In this document: positions 9,953 through 19,346 of the stretch, in pieces
How positions within the stretch are numbered: the stretch's first letter is position 1
How the letters are laid out: every line of letters begins with the position of its first letter
Sequence record: ON286973
DNA: 64,000 nt
From: Escherichia phage A51.2
Direction: 5' to 3' (one strand)
Translations under genes and position numbers: made by a program
The notes under the pieces: generated by a model
Databases searched by the model: none
Seen by the model: only the letters and a program-made list of their open reading frames with translations
Told to the model about the DNA's origin: nothing

Positions 9953-9959
9953 TTTTAAA

Positions 9960-9978
9960 GGGGCTTCGGCCCCATTTT
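9960..9978 (+). terminator. hairpin GGGGC-TTCG-GCCCC plus T tract between nrdA and nrdB (terminator/attenuator)
   Basis: Perfect stem with TTCG loop followed by ATTTT, 8 nt after nrdA stop. Confidence 0.5.
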
Positions 9979-9990
9979 AGAGGTAGAATA

Positions 9991-11079
9991 ATGGCTGTAT
10001 TTAATGCTGAGAACACCGCTCATAAAACTGGTGACTATCCGCTGTTTCTGGGACAGCAAATGGGTATGTACGACTCTATCAACAAAAAATATCCACAACT
10101 GTTTGAACTATACAAAAAACAAAAAGAGCAAGATTGGGCAGAGGATGAAGTGGATTTGTCGCAATCTATTTCAGATTTTGTAACATGCTCAAAGTCAACT
10201 TATGACGTGATGGTGCAGACCTTGATGTGGCAATGGGAGGCTGATAGCGTTGCGGCAAGATCGATCATCTGCCTCTTTTCACCATTCATCACTAATAGTG
10301 AGCTTTTCACTCTATTGATGAAACAGTCAGAGATTGAAGTTCTTCACGCACTAACTTACTCAGAGATTGTTAGACAATGCCTCCCCAATGCCCGTGAGAT
10401 TATAGAAGAGATTCAGGAAAACCAAAACGTTCTGAGCAGATCCGGCGTTATTGTCAAATACATGCAAGAGCTTGAGGTTATTGGTGCAAAATACCGCCTG
10501 GATCCTTCTAGTGTTGAAGAAGATATTGTGCGGAAATGCATTCTTAGAGCGCTTTTTGCGCTTTTAGCTCTGGAAAGTATTGAGTTTATTGCAAGTTTTG
10601 CATGCACTTTCGCAGTAGCTGAACAGGGTATCTTTGTTCAGGTGGCGCAGCTTGTTCAAAAAATCATGCTTGACGAAATGCTACATTCGAAAGGTGATTT
10701 TGCCATCATTGATATCTTGCTTAATGATCCCGCATGGGAGAAAAGCTTCCTTGAGATAAAGGGGGAGTTAAAAGAGATTCTTGATGAAGTACGAACCAAA
10801 GAGTACGGTTGGAGTGACTATATTTTCAGCGAAGGAAGAGCGATTATAGGTCTTAACTCACCGTTGCTTAAAGAGTGGGTTGACTATAACTGCTCACCGA
10901 TTTATGATTACTACGACATCGACAAAGACTTTGTGCCGCCAACAAAGGACCCGCTACCGTTTATGCAGGTGTGGATGAAACCTTCATTACAACAGACGGC
11001 GAACCAAGAAATGTCGAACACTGACTACCGCGTCAACACAACTGTTAACGACGCTGAAGAAGAAATTTGGGAGTTTTAA
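9991..11079 (+). CDS. nrdB: ribonucleotide reductase class Ia small subunit
   Basis: Iron-ligand region EVLHALTYSEIV and FACTFA; ATG 9991 downstream of the hairpin (ORF-track start 9931 runs through it). Confidence 0.85.
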   Translation: MAVFNAENTAHKTGDYPLFLGQQMGMYDSINKKYPQLFELYKKQKEQDWAEDEVDLSQSISDFVTCSKSTYDVMVQTLMWQWEADSVAARSIICLFSPFITNSELFTLLMKQSEIEVLHALTYSEIVRQCLPNAREIIEEIQENQNVLSRSGVIVKYMQELEVIGAKYRLDPSSVEEDIVRKCILRALFALLALESIEFIASFACTFAVAEQGIFVQVAQLVQKIMLDEMLHSKGDFAIIDILLNDPAWEKSFLEIKGELKEILDEVRTKEYGWSDYIFSEGRAIIGLNSPLLKEWVDYNCSPIYDYYDIDKDFVPPTKDPLPFMQVWMKPSLQQTANQEMSNTDYRVNTTVNDAEEEIWEF

Positions 11080-11082
11080 TAT

Positions 11083-11361
11083 ATGAGCTGCGAAAAATCT
11101 TTTTTCATCATCATTTACGGTAAGGATAACTGCCCACATTGTGTCAGAGCAAAAGAATTTGCAATCAGCAAAGGTCTGCCTTTTGTATATAAGACACTTG
11201 GCGAGGGCTACACAAAAGAAGAGCTTATTGAGAAGTGCAGTCCAATTGTCCCCAGAACGTTGCCGCAGATCTTCTTAGAAAGCGATCTTGACAGTGTCCA
11301 TATAGGCGGTGCCGACGATTTCATCTCTTTTGTTAAGAATGGTTTTGGAGAGAAAAAGTGA
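11083..11361 (+). CDS. glutaredoxin/NrdH-like redoxin
   Basis: 92 aa with CPHC active-site motif, between nrdB and nrdD. Confidence 0.65.
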   Translation: MSCEKSFFIIIYGKDNCPHCVRAKEFAISKGLPFVYKTLGEGYTKEELIEKCSPIVPRTLPQIFLESDLDSVHIGGADDFISFVKNGFGEKK

Positions 11362-13496
11362 AAGTTGTAAAACGGGACGGTAGAGAAGAGTTCTATAACG
11401 GAATTAAGGTGATCAAGGCGGCAGAGTCCGCCTTACTTGAGTCTGGACATACTGAAGAAGAAGCTTACCGGATCGCCTGCGCGGTTAATGAAGTTGTTGC
11501 TAACAATCTACCAACCGACCAGTGCACGATCTCTGTAAAAAATATCCATATCCTTGTTGAAGATGCTCTTATGGATATGGGTTTAAAATGTGCAGCCAGA
11601 GAATACATCCAGTATAGACAGACAAGAGATAATAACAGAGAGGCAGGTGGAAAACTGCTTGCAGATATTAGTGGCTTCTTGGATCGAACTTGTGATGAAT
11701 TTACAAAAGAAAACGCAAATAAGCCTACTAATCATGTACACACTCATCGCGACCTGCTTGCAGGTATTCTTAGCAAACACCTTGCATCAACACAGATCCT
11801 GCCAGACCGTGTCTCCGAAGAGCACAATAAAGGATTCATCCATGTGCATGATCTTGACTACTTGATCAGTCCGTTAACAAACTGTTGTTTGGTAAATTAT
11901 CCAGATATGTTGGAAAACGGATTCAACATTGGTAACGCCCATGTCAGTAAGCCGAAGTCAATAGGGGTTGCAACAACAATCCTTAGCCAAATCTCTAGTG
12001 CGGTAGCTAGTGCTCAATATGGTGGTCAGACTATGAGCCATATTGATCATTATCTGGCACAGTATGCTGAAGCAACCTATGAGAAGAACCTTAAATTTTG
12101 CCAGGAACATTGGTTGCCGGATGCTGAAACTGTTGCAATGCAAATGACAGATAAAGACGTATTTGACAGCATGCAGACTTTGCTCTATCAAATCAACACG
12201 TTAACTTCTGTCAACGGGCAAACTCCATTCATCACATTGAGTTTAGGACTGGATACCTCGGTCTTTGGTAGAATGATTACCAAAAACTACCTGAAAGTCC
12301 ACAAAATGGGTCTTGGTGAAGAACGTATCACACCTGTGTTCCCTAAAGTGCTGTTCTTCCTGGAAGAGGGTGTCAACATGAACCCTGGGGATCCTAACTA
12401 TGATTTGAAACGATTAGCTCTGGAATGCTGTGCAGAACGTATCTATCCTGACTTCGTATCTGTACCACTAAATAGAAAAGTGACAGGCTCGACAGATGGC
12501 AAAGTAACTAGCATGGGTTGCAGGAGTTTTCTTAGCAAATACAATGACTTGGAAACAGGCGAGGAGAAATACCTTGGCAGATTTAACTTAGGCGTTGTTA
12601 GCCTTAACCTGCCAATGATTGCGGCAAAAGCTAAGACGGAAGGTGTTGATTTCTTTGCAGTTCTTGACGAATACTTGGATCTTGCATACGAGGCTCACCT
12701 TGTAAGGGTTAACCGTCTAAAAGGAACAAAGGCAGGGCAGAACCCCATCATGTGGTGTGAAGGCGCTCTTGCTCGCCTGGATCCTGAAGAAAGTATTGAT
12801 AAACTCTTCTATGACGGGTACGCTTCCATCAGCATTGGGTACATTGGTGTGTATGAAACCTGTCAGATTTTGGGCAGAGAAGGTGACAAGGCTTTAGCTC
12901 TTGGAATCCTTCAGCACATGAGAGATGCTTGTGAGCGATACAAGAAGGAAAGTAGACTAGCATTTAGCTTGTACGGCACTCCTTCTGAGAGTCTATGCTA
13001 TAAAGCTGCAACCTGTCTGGATCGTGAATATCCAGAAGTGTTAAAGCACGAGCATGAATATCTCACCAACAGTTTCCATCAGCCAGTATGGATCAATAGC
13101 TCTCCTTTTGATAAGTGGGAGTATGAGGAAGGTTTTGCTATGATCTCCTCCGGTGGCAACATCGGATACGTAGAGACACCTAACCTGAAAAACAACCTTG
13201 ATGCTTTAGAGGCTCTTGTTGACTTCGGGTATAAACACATTATGTATTTTGGTATTAACCAACCTGTGGATAAATGTCTCAAGTGTGGTTTCTCTGGTGA
13301 GTTCAGTGCAACAGCTAAAGGGTTCTGCTGCCCTGCGTGCGGATGCCACGATGAACAATATATCTCAGTGATCCGAAGAGTGTCTGGCTATCTCTCCAGC
13401 CCGAACAGTAGGCCGTATAACACAGGTAAACAAGCAGAGGTTATCGAACGTGTTAAACATGTTGGGAATGTAGACTGTTGTCCGTTGAGTAAATAA
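11358..13496 (+). CDS. nrdD: anaerobic ribonucleotide reductase (class III)
   Basis: N-terminal ATP-cone, 712 aa, C-terminal glycyl-radical motif RRVSGYL plus Cys cluster; GTG start. Confidence 0.9.
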   Translation: MKVVKRDGREEFYNGIKVIKAAESALLESGHTEEEAYRIACAVNEVVANNLPTDQCTISVKNIHILVEDALMDMGLKCAAREYIQYRQTRDNNREAGGKLLADISGFLDRTCDEFTKENANKPTNHVHTHRDLLAGILSKHLASTQILPDRVSEEHNKGFIHVHDLDYLISPLTNCCLVNYPDMLENGFNIGNAHVSKPKSIGVATTILSQISSAVASAQYGGQTMSHIDHYLAQYAEATYEKNLKFCQEHWLPDAETVAMQMTDKDVFDSMQTLLYQINTLTSVNGQTPFITLSLGLDTSVFGRMITKNYLKVHKMGLGEERITPVFPKVLFFLEEGVNMNPGDPNYDLKRLALECCAERIYPDFVSVPLNRKVTGSTDGKVTSMGCRSFLSKYNDLETGEEKYLGRFNLGVVSLNLPMIAAKAKTEGVDFFAVLDEYLDLAYEAHLVRVNRLKGTKAGQNPIMWCEGALARLDPEESIDKLFYDGYASISIGYIGVYETCQILGREGDKALALGILQHMRDACERYKKESRLAFSLYGTPSESLCYKAATCLDREYPEVLKHEHEYLTNSFHQPVWINSSPFDKWEYEEGFAMISSGGNIGYVETPNLKNNLDALEALVDFGYKHIMYFGINQPVDKCLKCGFSGEFSATAKGFCCPACGCHDEQYISVIRRVSGYLSSPNSRPYNTGKQAEVIERVKHVGNVDCCPLSK

Positions 13497-13506
13497 GGAA
13501 AGAGGT

Positions 13507-13537
13507 GGAGAGCAAGGATGCTCTCATTTTTTTTTTT
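13507..13537 (+). terminator. intrinsic terminator (GGAGAGCA-AGGA-TGCTCTC plus T11)
   Basis: Stem-loop followed by 11 T residues right after nrdD. Confidence 0.7.
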
Positions 13538-13544
13538 GTTTTTA

Positions 13545-13573
13545 TTGACTTCTATTCCTCTTTTCTATAGTAT
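13545..13573 (+). promoter_or_regulatory. sigma70-like promoter (TTGACT-17-TAGTAT)
   Basis: Hexamers with 17-bp spacer, 39 nt upstream of 13612 ATG. Confidence 0.5.
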
Positions 13574-13611
13574 GCAATATAAAGTGAATAGCGGAAGGGT
13601 CTGGTCTGGTA

Positions 13612-14544
13612 ATGAGAAGACTAACAACCGAAGAGTTTATAGAAAAAGCTCAGACTATACATGGTGACAAATATGATTACTTCAAAGTGGAGTATAAAAA
13701 CAACAAGACACCTGTGTGTATAATTTGTCCTGAGCACGGTGAGTTCTGGCAAACCCCTGTGGCACATGCTTTCAAGAATCATGGTTGTCCAAGGTGTGGT
13801 GGGTCAGCGAAAAAGAACACTGAAGAGTTCATAAAAGAGGCTATGGCTGTTCATGGGGACAAGTACGATTACTCATTAGTCAAATATGCGAACATGAGAA
13901 CGCCTGTAAAAATTGTTTGCCCTGAACACGGTGTGTTTGAACAATACCCTGAAAACCACTTATACCAAAGAAACGGCTGCCCAGAGTGCTATGACTTAAG
14001 ACGTGGGCAAAGTCAAGCGTTAACCCATAAGGAGCACGCTGCAATTATCCACAAAGCCAACCCAGACATAGAAATATTAGAGAAAATTGCCAATGATAAC
14101 ACAAAAGTGCAATGTAGGTGCAAAATTTGTGGGTATAAGTGGTCTGCTAAACCTAATAACCTAAAAAGTGGTCGTGGCTGCTGTAAATGCGCACAAAATG
14201 GATTCTTATCTCATGAGTACGGTAAACTCTACATTATGGTTGATGACTTAGAAGTGCCAACACTTATGAAAATCGGTGTATGCGTTAAAATGCACAGGAG
14301 GAAAAATGAGGTGCTTAACAGTGCTCGTAAATCTGGCGCAGGTGTCCACACTCTTCACGTAGTAAAAACATGGAGCGGATCAACTCAAAACATGGTAGAT
14401 TTAGAAAAATCTGTGCATAAGGCCTTGAGCAAGTATAAAATAAACTTTCCTGTAAAATTTGACGGTAGCACTGAGTTTTTCTACTACAGGCCTGAAGTGT
14501 TTGACACGGTAGAAGAGGTATACAAGAAGATTTGTGGTAAATGA
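13612..14544 (+). CDS. homing-endonuclease-like protein: three zinc-ribbon repeats plus C-terminal T5orf172/GIY-YIG-like domain
   Basis: Repeats HGDKYDY...CPEHG...GCP.C x3; C-terminal LYIM...KIG...TEFF pattern; sits between nrdD and nrdG with its own promoter. Confidence 0.5.
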   Translation: MRRLTTEEFIEKAQTIHGDKYDYFKVEYKNNKTPVCIICPEHGEFWQTPVAHAFKNHGCPRCGGSAKKNTEEFIKEAMAVHGDKYDYSLVKYANMRTPVKIVCPEHGVFEQYPENHLYQRNGCPECYDLRRGQSQALTHKEHAAIIHKANPDIEILEKIANDNTKVQCRCKICGYKWSAKPNNLKSGRGCCKCAQNGFLSHEYGKLYIMVDDLEVPTLMKIGVCVKMHRRKNEVLNSARKSGAGVHTLHVVKTWSGSTQNMVDLEKSVHKALSKYKINFPVKFDGSTEFFYYRPEVFDTVEEVYKKICGK

Positions 14545-14596
14545 TTGTAGAAAGATATGCATATCTTAAACATGCTATTAACTAAGGAGGTGCAGT

Positions 14597-14713
14597 ATGT
14601 CATCAGGTATTTATAAAATTTGCAAGTGTGGTTGTCGTTGCAATCTTCGTTGGTGCAAGGCACTGGACGATTTTATTTGGCATTGCCCTGAATGCGATGC
14701 GGAGTACTTATAA
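14597..14713 (+). CDS. small Cys-rich protein (38 aa, zinc-ribbon-like)
   Basis: Strong RBS AAGGAGGTG; MSSGIYKICKCGCRCNLRWCKALDDFIWHCPECDAEYL; below ORF-track cutoff. Confidence 0.35.
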   Translation: MSSGIYKICKCGCRCNLRWCKALDDFIWHCPECDAEYL

Positions 14714-14864
14714 GCATAAGGGGTCGAAATGCGGAAATCTATCAAGAAAATCAAGATAAAATTGTTAGCACTGAAGCGTAAGTATAAAAAGTTATACGGC
14801 TTCATCAAATGGACTTTTATAGGTTTATCTTGAATAGAAGCACATCACAGAAGAGAGGTTCCTT

Positions 14865-15101
14865 ATGATAGGTGTCTGTGTAAAAGCTAACAGATGGTTT
14901 ACATTCGGTAAGGATTACGAAATTATCTTTCATTCGGACAGAGCCACAACAGTAGAAAGCGATGATGGGTGCCACTGGTTCGTTAGTTACCATGGTGATG
15001 GGTATTATAGATCTACTGATTCCAGAGGGGAAGAAGCTGTTTTCTTGGATAGAGCTTATTGTGGGCCTGAATATCCTTACCTAAAAGAGGATAAGGAATG
15101 A
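14865..15101 (+). CDS. hypothetical protein
   Basis: 78-aa ORF, RBS AGAGAGG; stop overlaps nrdG start. Confidence 0.4.
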   Translation: MIGVCVKANRWFTFGKDYEIIFHSDRATTVESDDGCHWFVSYHGDGYYRSTDSRGEEAVFLDRAYCGPEYPYLKEDKE

Positions 15102-15571
15102 ATGTTGTTAATATTATAGAGTGTAGCATGGTTGACGGCCCAGGCATTAGGACAACGGTGTTCTGTTCTGGTTGCCCACATCACTGCGTCGGTTGCCAAA
15201 ACAAAAGTGTTTGGTCACCAGCTAAAGGGGAACCGTTAACAAATGACACTATTGAGAGTATACTTCACTCTATAGAGCCGAAACACATTACTGGCGTTAC
15301 ATTATGCGGTGGCGAACCTTTAGCGCCTTACAATATTGATGGTATGTACTCGATCATTCGCGCTATCCGTGAACACTTCGGCAACACAAAAACTATCTGG
15401 GTGTACACAGGGTATTTGTTTGAAGAAGTCCCCGATTACATTAAAGATAGTGTTGATTACATTATGGACGGTAAGTACGAAAAAGATAACCCCACCAAAA
15501 AACCCTTTAGAGGCAGTGATAACCAAAGAATGTTTAAAAAGGTAGCAGATGGTTGGGTTCAGGTTGACTAA
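15098..15571 (+). CDS. nrdG: anaerobic ribonucleotide reductase activating protein (radical SAM)
   Basis: CSGCPHHCVGC cluster (CxxxCxxC) near N-terminus, 157 aa. Confidence 0.85.
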   Translation: MNVVNIIECSMVDGPGIRTTVFCSGCPHHCVGCQNKSVWSPAKGEPLTNDTIESILHSIEPKHITGVTLCGGEPLAPYNIDGMYSIIRAIREHFGNTKTIWVYTGYLFEEVPDYIKDSVDYIMDGKYEKDNPTKKPFRGSDNQRMFKKVADGWVQVD

Positions 15572-15574
15572 TCG

Positions 15575-15604
15575 TTGACAAAGCTTTGTTAAGTCGGTTA
15601 TAAT
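15575..15604 (+). promoter_or_regulatory. sigma70-like promoter (TTGACA-18-TATAAT)
   Basis: Consensus hexamers immediately after nrdG stop. Confidence 0.55.
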
Positions 15605-15633
15605 TGTCGTAATGAAAGCAGAGGAGGTGCCAA

Positions 15634-15747
15634 ATGGCTAAAAAAGCCTTGAAGAAGGCGTACAAGAAAGAGATTGCGCTTGAGCTTAAGAAAAAACACA
15701 AGCGTGAAAAGAAACATCATGAAGATGAAGAGGGGGTGCAACAGTGA
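15634..15747 (+). CDS. small lysine-rich protein (37 aa)
   Basis: RBS GAGGAGG; MAKKALKKAYKKEIALELKKKHKREKKHHEDEEGVQQ; stop overlaps next start (GTGA). Confidence 0.3.
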   Translation: MAKKALKKAYKKEIALELKKKHKREKKHHEDEEGVQQ

Positions 15748-16094
15748 CACAAGAACGTATCGATTTGGCTAATAAGTTTGTAGATCTCATTTTGCCACGG
15801 TTAGTTACTCAACATGCAGATGCTATTTCTACTAATCTTGATGGCTTACGCCTAATGCTGAATCGCACAGATGACCCTCGTATTCGGGCTGATTTAGAAG
15901 CCTCTGCCAACAAACTGGAAAAGTTCTTGCAAGTAGACACGCAAGAAGCCTTGCACAAGATTATGGTGGAAGGTTTCTCTAAAGAATTTACCATTAAAGA
16001 GCTTAAGGAGCTGATCCACCAAGAAGAGATGAATATCCGAGTTCAGGCTGTTGCAAGCAGCATGGAAGCGGTTATTGAAAAACTGTTGCAGTAA
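15744..16094 (+). CDS. hypothetical protein
   Basis: 116-aa ORF, GTG start coupled to upstream small ORF. Confidence 0.4.
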   Translation: MTQERIDLANKFVDLILPRLVTQHADAISTNLDGLRLMLNRTDDPRIRADLEASANKLEKFLQVDTQEALHKIMVEGFSKEFTIKELKELIHQEEMNIRVQAVASSMEAVIEKLLQ

Positions 16095-16132
16095 AAGTAC
16101 TTGGCACATCTCAATCTGAAAGGAGTCCCAAC

Positions 16133-16921
16133 ATGGGTCGAGCTAAAGAAACAAAACGCATGCGTGATGAAGCTAGAGAGGCTCGCAAATCTGATCGCCT
16201 GCGTAAGGCTGCTGAGAAATTTGCTGACGAAAGAGAGCACACCGCTCCAGCTCTCCGACCAATGAATAAGAAGCAGCAAAAGTATCTTGATTATCTAGGG
16301 TCACGTAAGATTATTATTGTAAACGGTGTGTTTGGATCCGGTAAGACATTTATGGCATCTGCATATGCAGGTGATCTTCTGCGTAAGAACGAGATTGATA
16401 AGATCATTGTTGCACGTCCTTACGTCCAGACAGGAAAGACTTCAGGATTTAAACCCGGAAATGCAATGCAGAAACTGTGGCCCTATCTTCGAAGCATGAT
16501 GGACACGATTTGTCGTCGTGTTGGCAAAGGTGCTTTTACCGCAATGCTGGGAGACGGTCAGAACAGTCGTATCGAGATTTGTGAAGTTGAAAGCATTCGT
16601 GGTCGTAGTTTCGATGAGCGATGCTTTGTCCTGATTGACGAGGCACAGCAAACTAACCCTGAAGAAATGTTGTCAATTATCACAAGGATCTCTGATCAAG
16701 CCACCCTTGTAATTATGGGTGATAATAGCCAACGTGACATCCCTGGTAAATCTGGCCTCGCATGGGTGACGGATTTCTTTACTCGTCATCCAGATCCTGA
16801 GGTTGGAATGATTAGCTTTGATAGTCCAGACGATGTCGTTCGTTCCGGGTTGGGTCGTCAGATTGCACTCAATCTTATTGAAGATCGTGCAAATCATATT
16901 TGGACCCCTGTTTCCGAGTAA
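16133..16921 (+). CDS. phoH: PhoH-like ATPase
   Basis: Walker A GVFGSGKTFMA, Walker B FVLIDEAQQ, PhoH-like overall pattern; RBS AGGAG. Confidence 0.85.
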   Translation: MGRAKETKRMRDEAREARKSDRLRKAAEKFADEREHTAPALRPMNKKQQKYLDYLGSRKIIIVNGVFGSGKTFMASAYAGDLLRKNEIDKIIVARPYVQTGKTSGFKPGNAMQKLWPYLRSMMDTICRRVGKGAFTAMLGDGQNSRIEICEVESIRGRSFDERCFVLIDEAQQTNPEEMLSIITRISDQATLVIMGDNSQRDIPGKSGLAWVTDFFTRHPDPEVGMISFDSPDDVVRSGLGRQIALNLIEDRANHIWTPVSE

Positions 16922-16966
16922 TACAGAAGGGTGGTTATTCCACCCTTAAAATATCTAAAACAGTTG

Positions 16967-16995
16967 TTGACAAACAGGTAAGCTTTAGATATTAT
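16967..16995 (+). promoter_or_regulatory. sigma70-like promoter (TTGACA-17-TATTAT)
   Basis: Hexamers with 17-bp spacer after PhoH; preceded by hairpin GGGTGG..CCACCC. Confidence 0.55.
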
Positions 16996-17025
16996 CATCG
17001 GACAAAACAAGGAGAAGGAGATAGT

Positions 17026-17337
17026 ATGGCTACAATACAAGAGAGACTGAATAAAATATACTGCCTGTTCGTCTACAACGGTGAGACAATTTTGGCAAAT
17101 AAAGGATCCAAGAATGTGTGGATCAAGGACAGTGGTGGTAATATAATCAACTTAGCGTTGCTACGTGAGCGCCGACACAGATTCTTTATCGAGTCTCGAA
17201 TTATTGAAAGCAGCACCTGCTACAGAACAGGCGATAAAGTAATTGTTGACAATGATACGTGGTATGTGGTAGACTGGCAATCATTGAGTTGTGATGCTTC
17301 TGACAATCGTAAGTATTCCATAGTGATTGCTAAATAA
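17026..17337 (+). CDS. hypothetical protein
   Basis: ATG 17026 after AAGGAGAAGGAG, downstream of promoter. Confidence 0.45.
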   Translation: MATIQERLNKIYCLFVYNGETILANKGSKNVWIKDSGGNIINLALLRERRHRFFIESRIIESSTCYRTGDKVIVDNDTWYVVDWQSLSCDASDNRKYSIVIAK

Positions 17338-17397
17338 AGGTAAATGTGAATCAGGTTTAAATAAATAGCTTTCAACTTCCAATATTAAGGATTTCTC

Positions 17398-18444
17398 ATG
17401 AATTTAACACCTCGCAGCACCATGGTACACGGCATGAAAGAAAAACAGAACGGTTTCGAACCTATGAGTAATAAAATGTTTGGTATGCCGGGCGGTATCA
17501 TGGAAACATACAGCTACCCAACACCTGTTGTTGACCACGTTCTTTATATCGACGATTTGGAAGACCTGCAGGATCATATGTCTCGTCTGCAGACGATCCG
17601 TATGGCTCAGCCGGAAGAAAGCATTCGGGTGATCATCAATAGCCCTGGTGGTTGCGTGCACATTGCAATGGCTTATCTACAGGCATTCCGCGAGTCTCAG
17701 GCAAGCGTTGTTGCACATGCTGAAGGGATGTGCTGCTCTGCGGGAACAATCTTATGGCTGGGTTGTAAAGAACGCACTGTGGCTCCGGACACAGAATTTA
17801 TGTTCCACTACTATCAAGGTGGCACTTATGGTAACGGTGTGAACATGAATACTCAGGTCAGCTACTGGAAAAAACGTTTTGAACGCCTGATCGAAAAATA
17901 CTACGGTGGGGTGCTGACAGAAGATGAGATCGCATCCATCACAGCTGGTGGTGAAGTGTGGTTGGACGGAGAGGAGCTGGCAGCTCGAACTGGAGCCATC
18001 ATTCTGGATGAAGGTAACATACAGCGCATCCAGAACGGACAAAAACCTAAAAAGCTTCTGGCAAAAGGTGATGAAGGCGTGTTAGGTGAAGCAGGTCTTC
18101 CTGAGATTCACCAGTGCACCTCTTTAGATGAGCTAGTTCATGCTGTTGAATCTGCGAAAGCGGTTGGTTCGAAAGGTGATGTTCACACTGTGTTCCTAAA
18201 TCTGCAGATGGAAAGTGGTGAGACCATTAAGATTGCCTTAGGTGAGATTACCTCAGAAGATCTGCAGCGATTCTCTGTCGTTGAACTTCAAGACATTCTG
18301 TCCCAATTGAAGACAACCCTGAACGGCGGTGAAGAGGTTAAGGTAAAAGATAAGACTCGCAAGCGTCTGGTGGACAATATTATTAAAACAGCAAAAGAGC
18401 TCAATGAAAAAATCCTGGGTGCAGGAATTGTCGAAGAAGCTTAA
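17398..18444 (+). CDS. ClpP-family serine peptidase with about 170-aa C-terminal extension
   Basis: VIINSPGG...CSAGT...MFHY matches ClpP/S14 signature with Ser and His positions; 348 aa. Confidence 0.6.
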   Translation: MNLTPRSTMVHGMKEKQNGFEPMSNKMFGMPGGIMETYSYPTPVVDHVLYIDDLEDLQDHMSRLQTIRMAQPEESIRVIINSPGGCVHIAMAYLQAFRESQASVVAHAEGMCCSAGTILWLGCKERTVAPDTEFMFHYYQGGTYGNGVNMNTQVSYWKKRFERLIEKYYGGVLTEDEIASITAGGEVWLDGEELAARTGAIILDEGNIQRIQNGQKPKKLLAKGDEGVLGEAGLPEIHQCTSLDELVHAVESAKAVGSKGDVHTVFLNLQMESGETIKIALGEITSEDLQRFSVVELQDILSQLKTTLNGGEEVKVKDKTRKRLVDNIIKTAKELNEKILGAGIVEEA

Positions 18445-18456
18445 ACATTAATTCTA

Positions 18457-18479
18457 AAGCCCTCTTCGGAGGGCTTTTA
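18457..18479 (+). terminator. intrinsic terminator (AAGCCCTC-TTCG-GAGGGCTT plus T tract)
   Basis: Perfect 8-bp stem, TTCG loop, TTTT. Confidence 0.7.
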
Positions 18480-18495
18480 TGATCTGGAGATTTGC

Positions 18496-19029
18496 ATGAC
18501 TTGTGCTAGAAAACCTGATGAACAACGTAACGCTTACGATGAGTATGTGACACCGGAGTGGTGTGCAGAAGGGCTGTATGACCTTATTCCGTTCCCAGAA
18601 GACTGGACCTATTTAGAGCCTTGCAGGAATAGTGCCTCAGGTGTGTTCTACTCACGTATGCCGTTAGGATCTGCATGGGGAGAAATCCAAGAAGGTGTTG
18701 ACTATCTGAATACAGAATACAACCATGTTGACTGTATTATCACCAACCCACCATACAGTTTGGCTCGTGAGTTTGTAGACAAGGCGTTGAAAGATGCTGA
18801 CGTAGTTATTATGCTTTTGCGTCTTAATTTTCTGGAAAGCAAAGCCAGATTTGAATGGTGGCTTGATAATGCACCTACCACTGTGATCACAATATCTAAG
18901 CGTCCATCTTTTCAATCAAATGGCAGAACTGACGGGCAAGCATATGCATATTTTGTCTGGGATAAGAAAAACCGTTTAGACTTGCCGCCATTTATGTGGT
19001 TGGCACCTCCAGAGGTAGACCTGAAATGA
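18496..19029 (+). CDS. small DNA N6-adenine methyltransferase-like protein (phage Dam-like)
   Basis: ITNPPYS motif (NPPY) in 177-aa protein; RBS GGAGA. Confidence 0.55.
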   Translation: MTCARKPDEQRNAYDEYVTPEWCAEGLYDLIPFPEDWTYLEPCRNSASGVFYSRMPLGSAWGEIQEGVDYLNTEYNHVDCIITNPPYSLAREFVDKALKDADVVIMLLRLNFLESKARFEWWLDNAPTTVITISKRPSFQSNGRTDGQAYAYFVWDKKNRLDLPPFMWLAPPEVDLK

Positions 19030-19310
19030 AAATGAGTGCTAAGGACAAATTACACCAGTTAGCGCTAAAACGTCCTGTAACGCTTCCTGACGAGCTTAAC
19101 TCTATTTATGATGCGATTGTAGGGGAGATACAAAATAAAGCGTTAGCAGGCTTTCTGGGGTGCGGATTTTCGATAAATCTACCATCGCATCTCTCAGATT
19201 ACTTCCCGCACATTGTTGGAGATTTAAGGGCAGGAGGTCTGCAGGTAGATGTTGTTGGCATCTCCCCAGAGAAAAATAATACGGTTGCCTACTTGACAGT
19301 AACCTGGTAG
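19026..19310 (+). CDS. hypothetical protein
   Basis: ATG overlapping upstream stop (ATGA). Confidence 0.4.
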   Translation: MKMSAKDKLHQLALKRPVTLPDELNSIYDAIVGEIQNKALAGFLGCGFSINLPSHLSDYFPHIVGDLRAGGLQVDVVGISPEKNNTVAYLTVTW

Positions 19311-19346
19311 TTGTGTATTGTTGTTTTCAACAAGAGGGGGTCATTT

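Noticed and set aside
9931-9990. N-terminal 20-codon extension of nrdB (ORF-track start 9931)
   Set aside because: The extension runs through the intergenic hairpin and has no RBS; ATG 9991 gives a typical NrdB N-terminus
7637-13496. Group I intron or intein in nrdA, nrdB or nrdD
   Set aside because: Protein lengths (771, 363, 712 aa) and uninterrupted conserved motifs fit intact genes; the homing-endonuclease-like gene is free-standing between nrdD and nrdG
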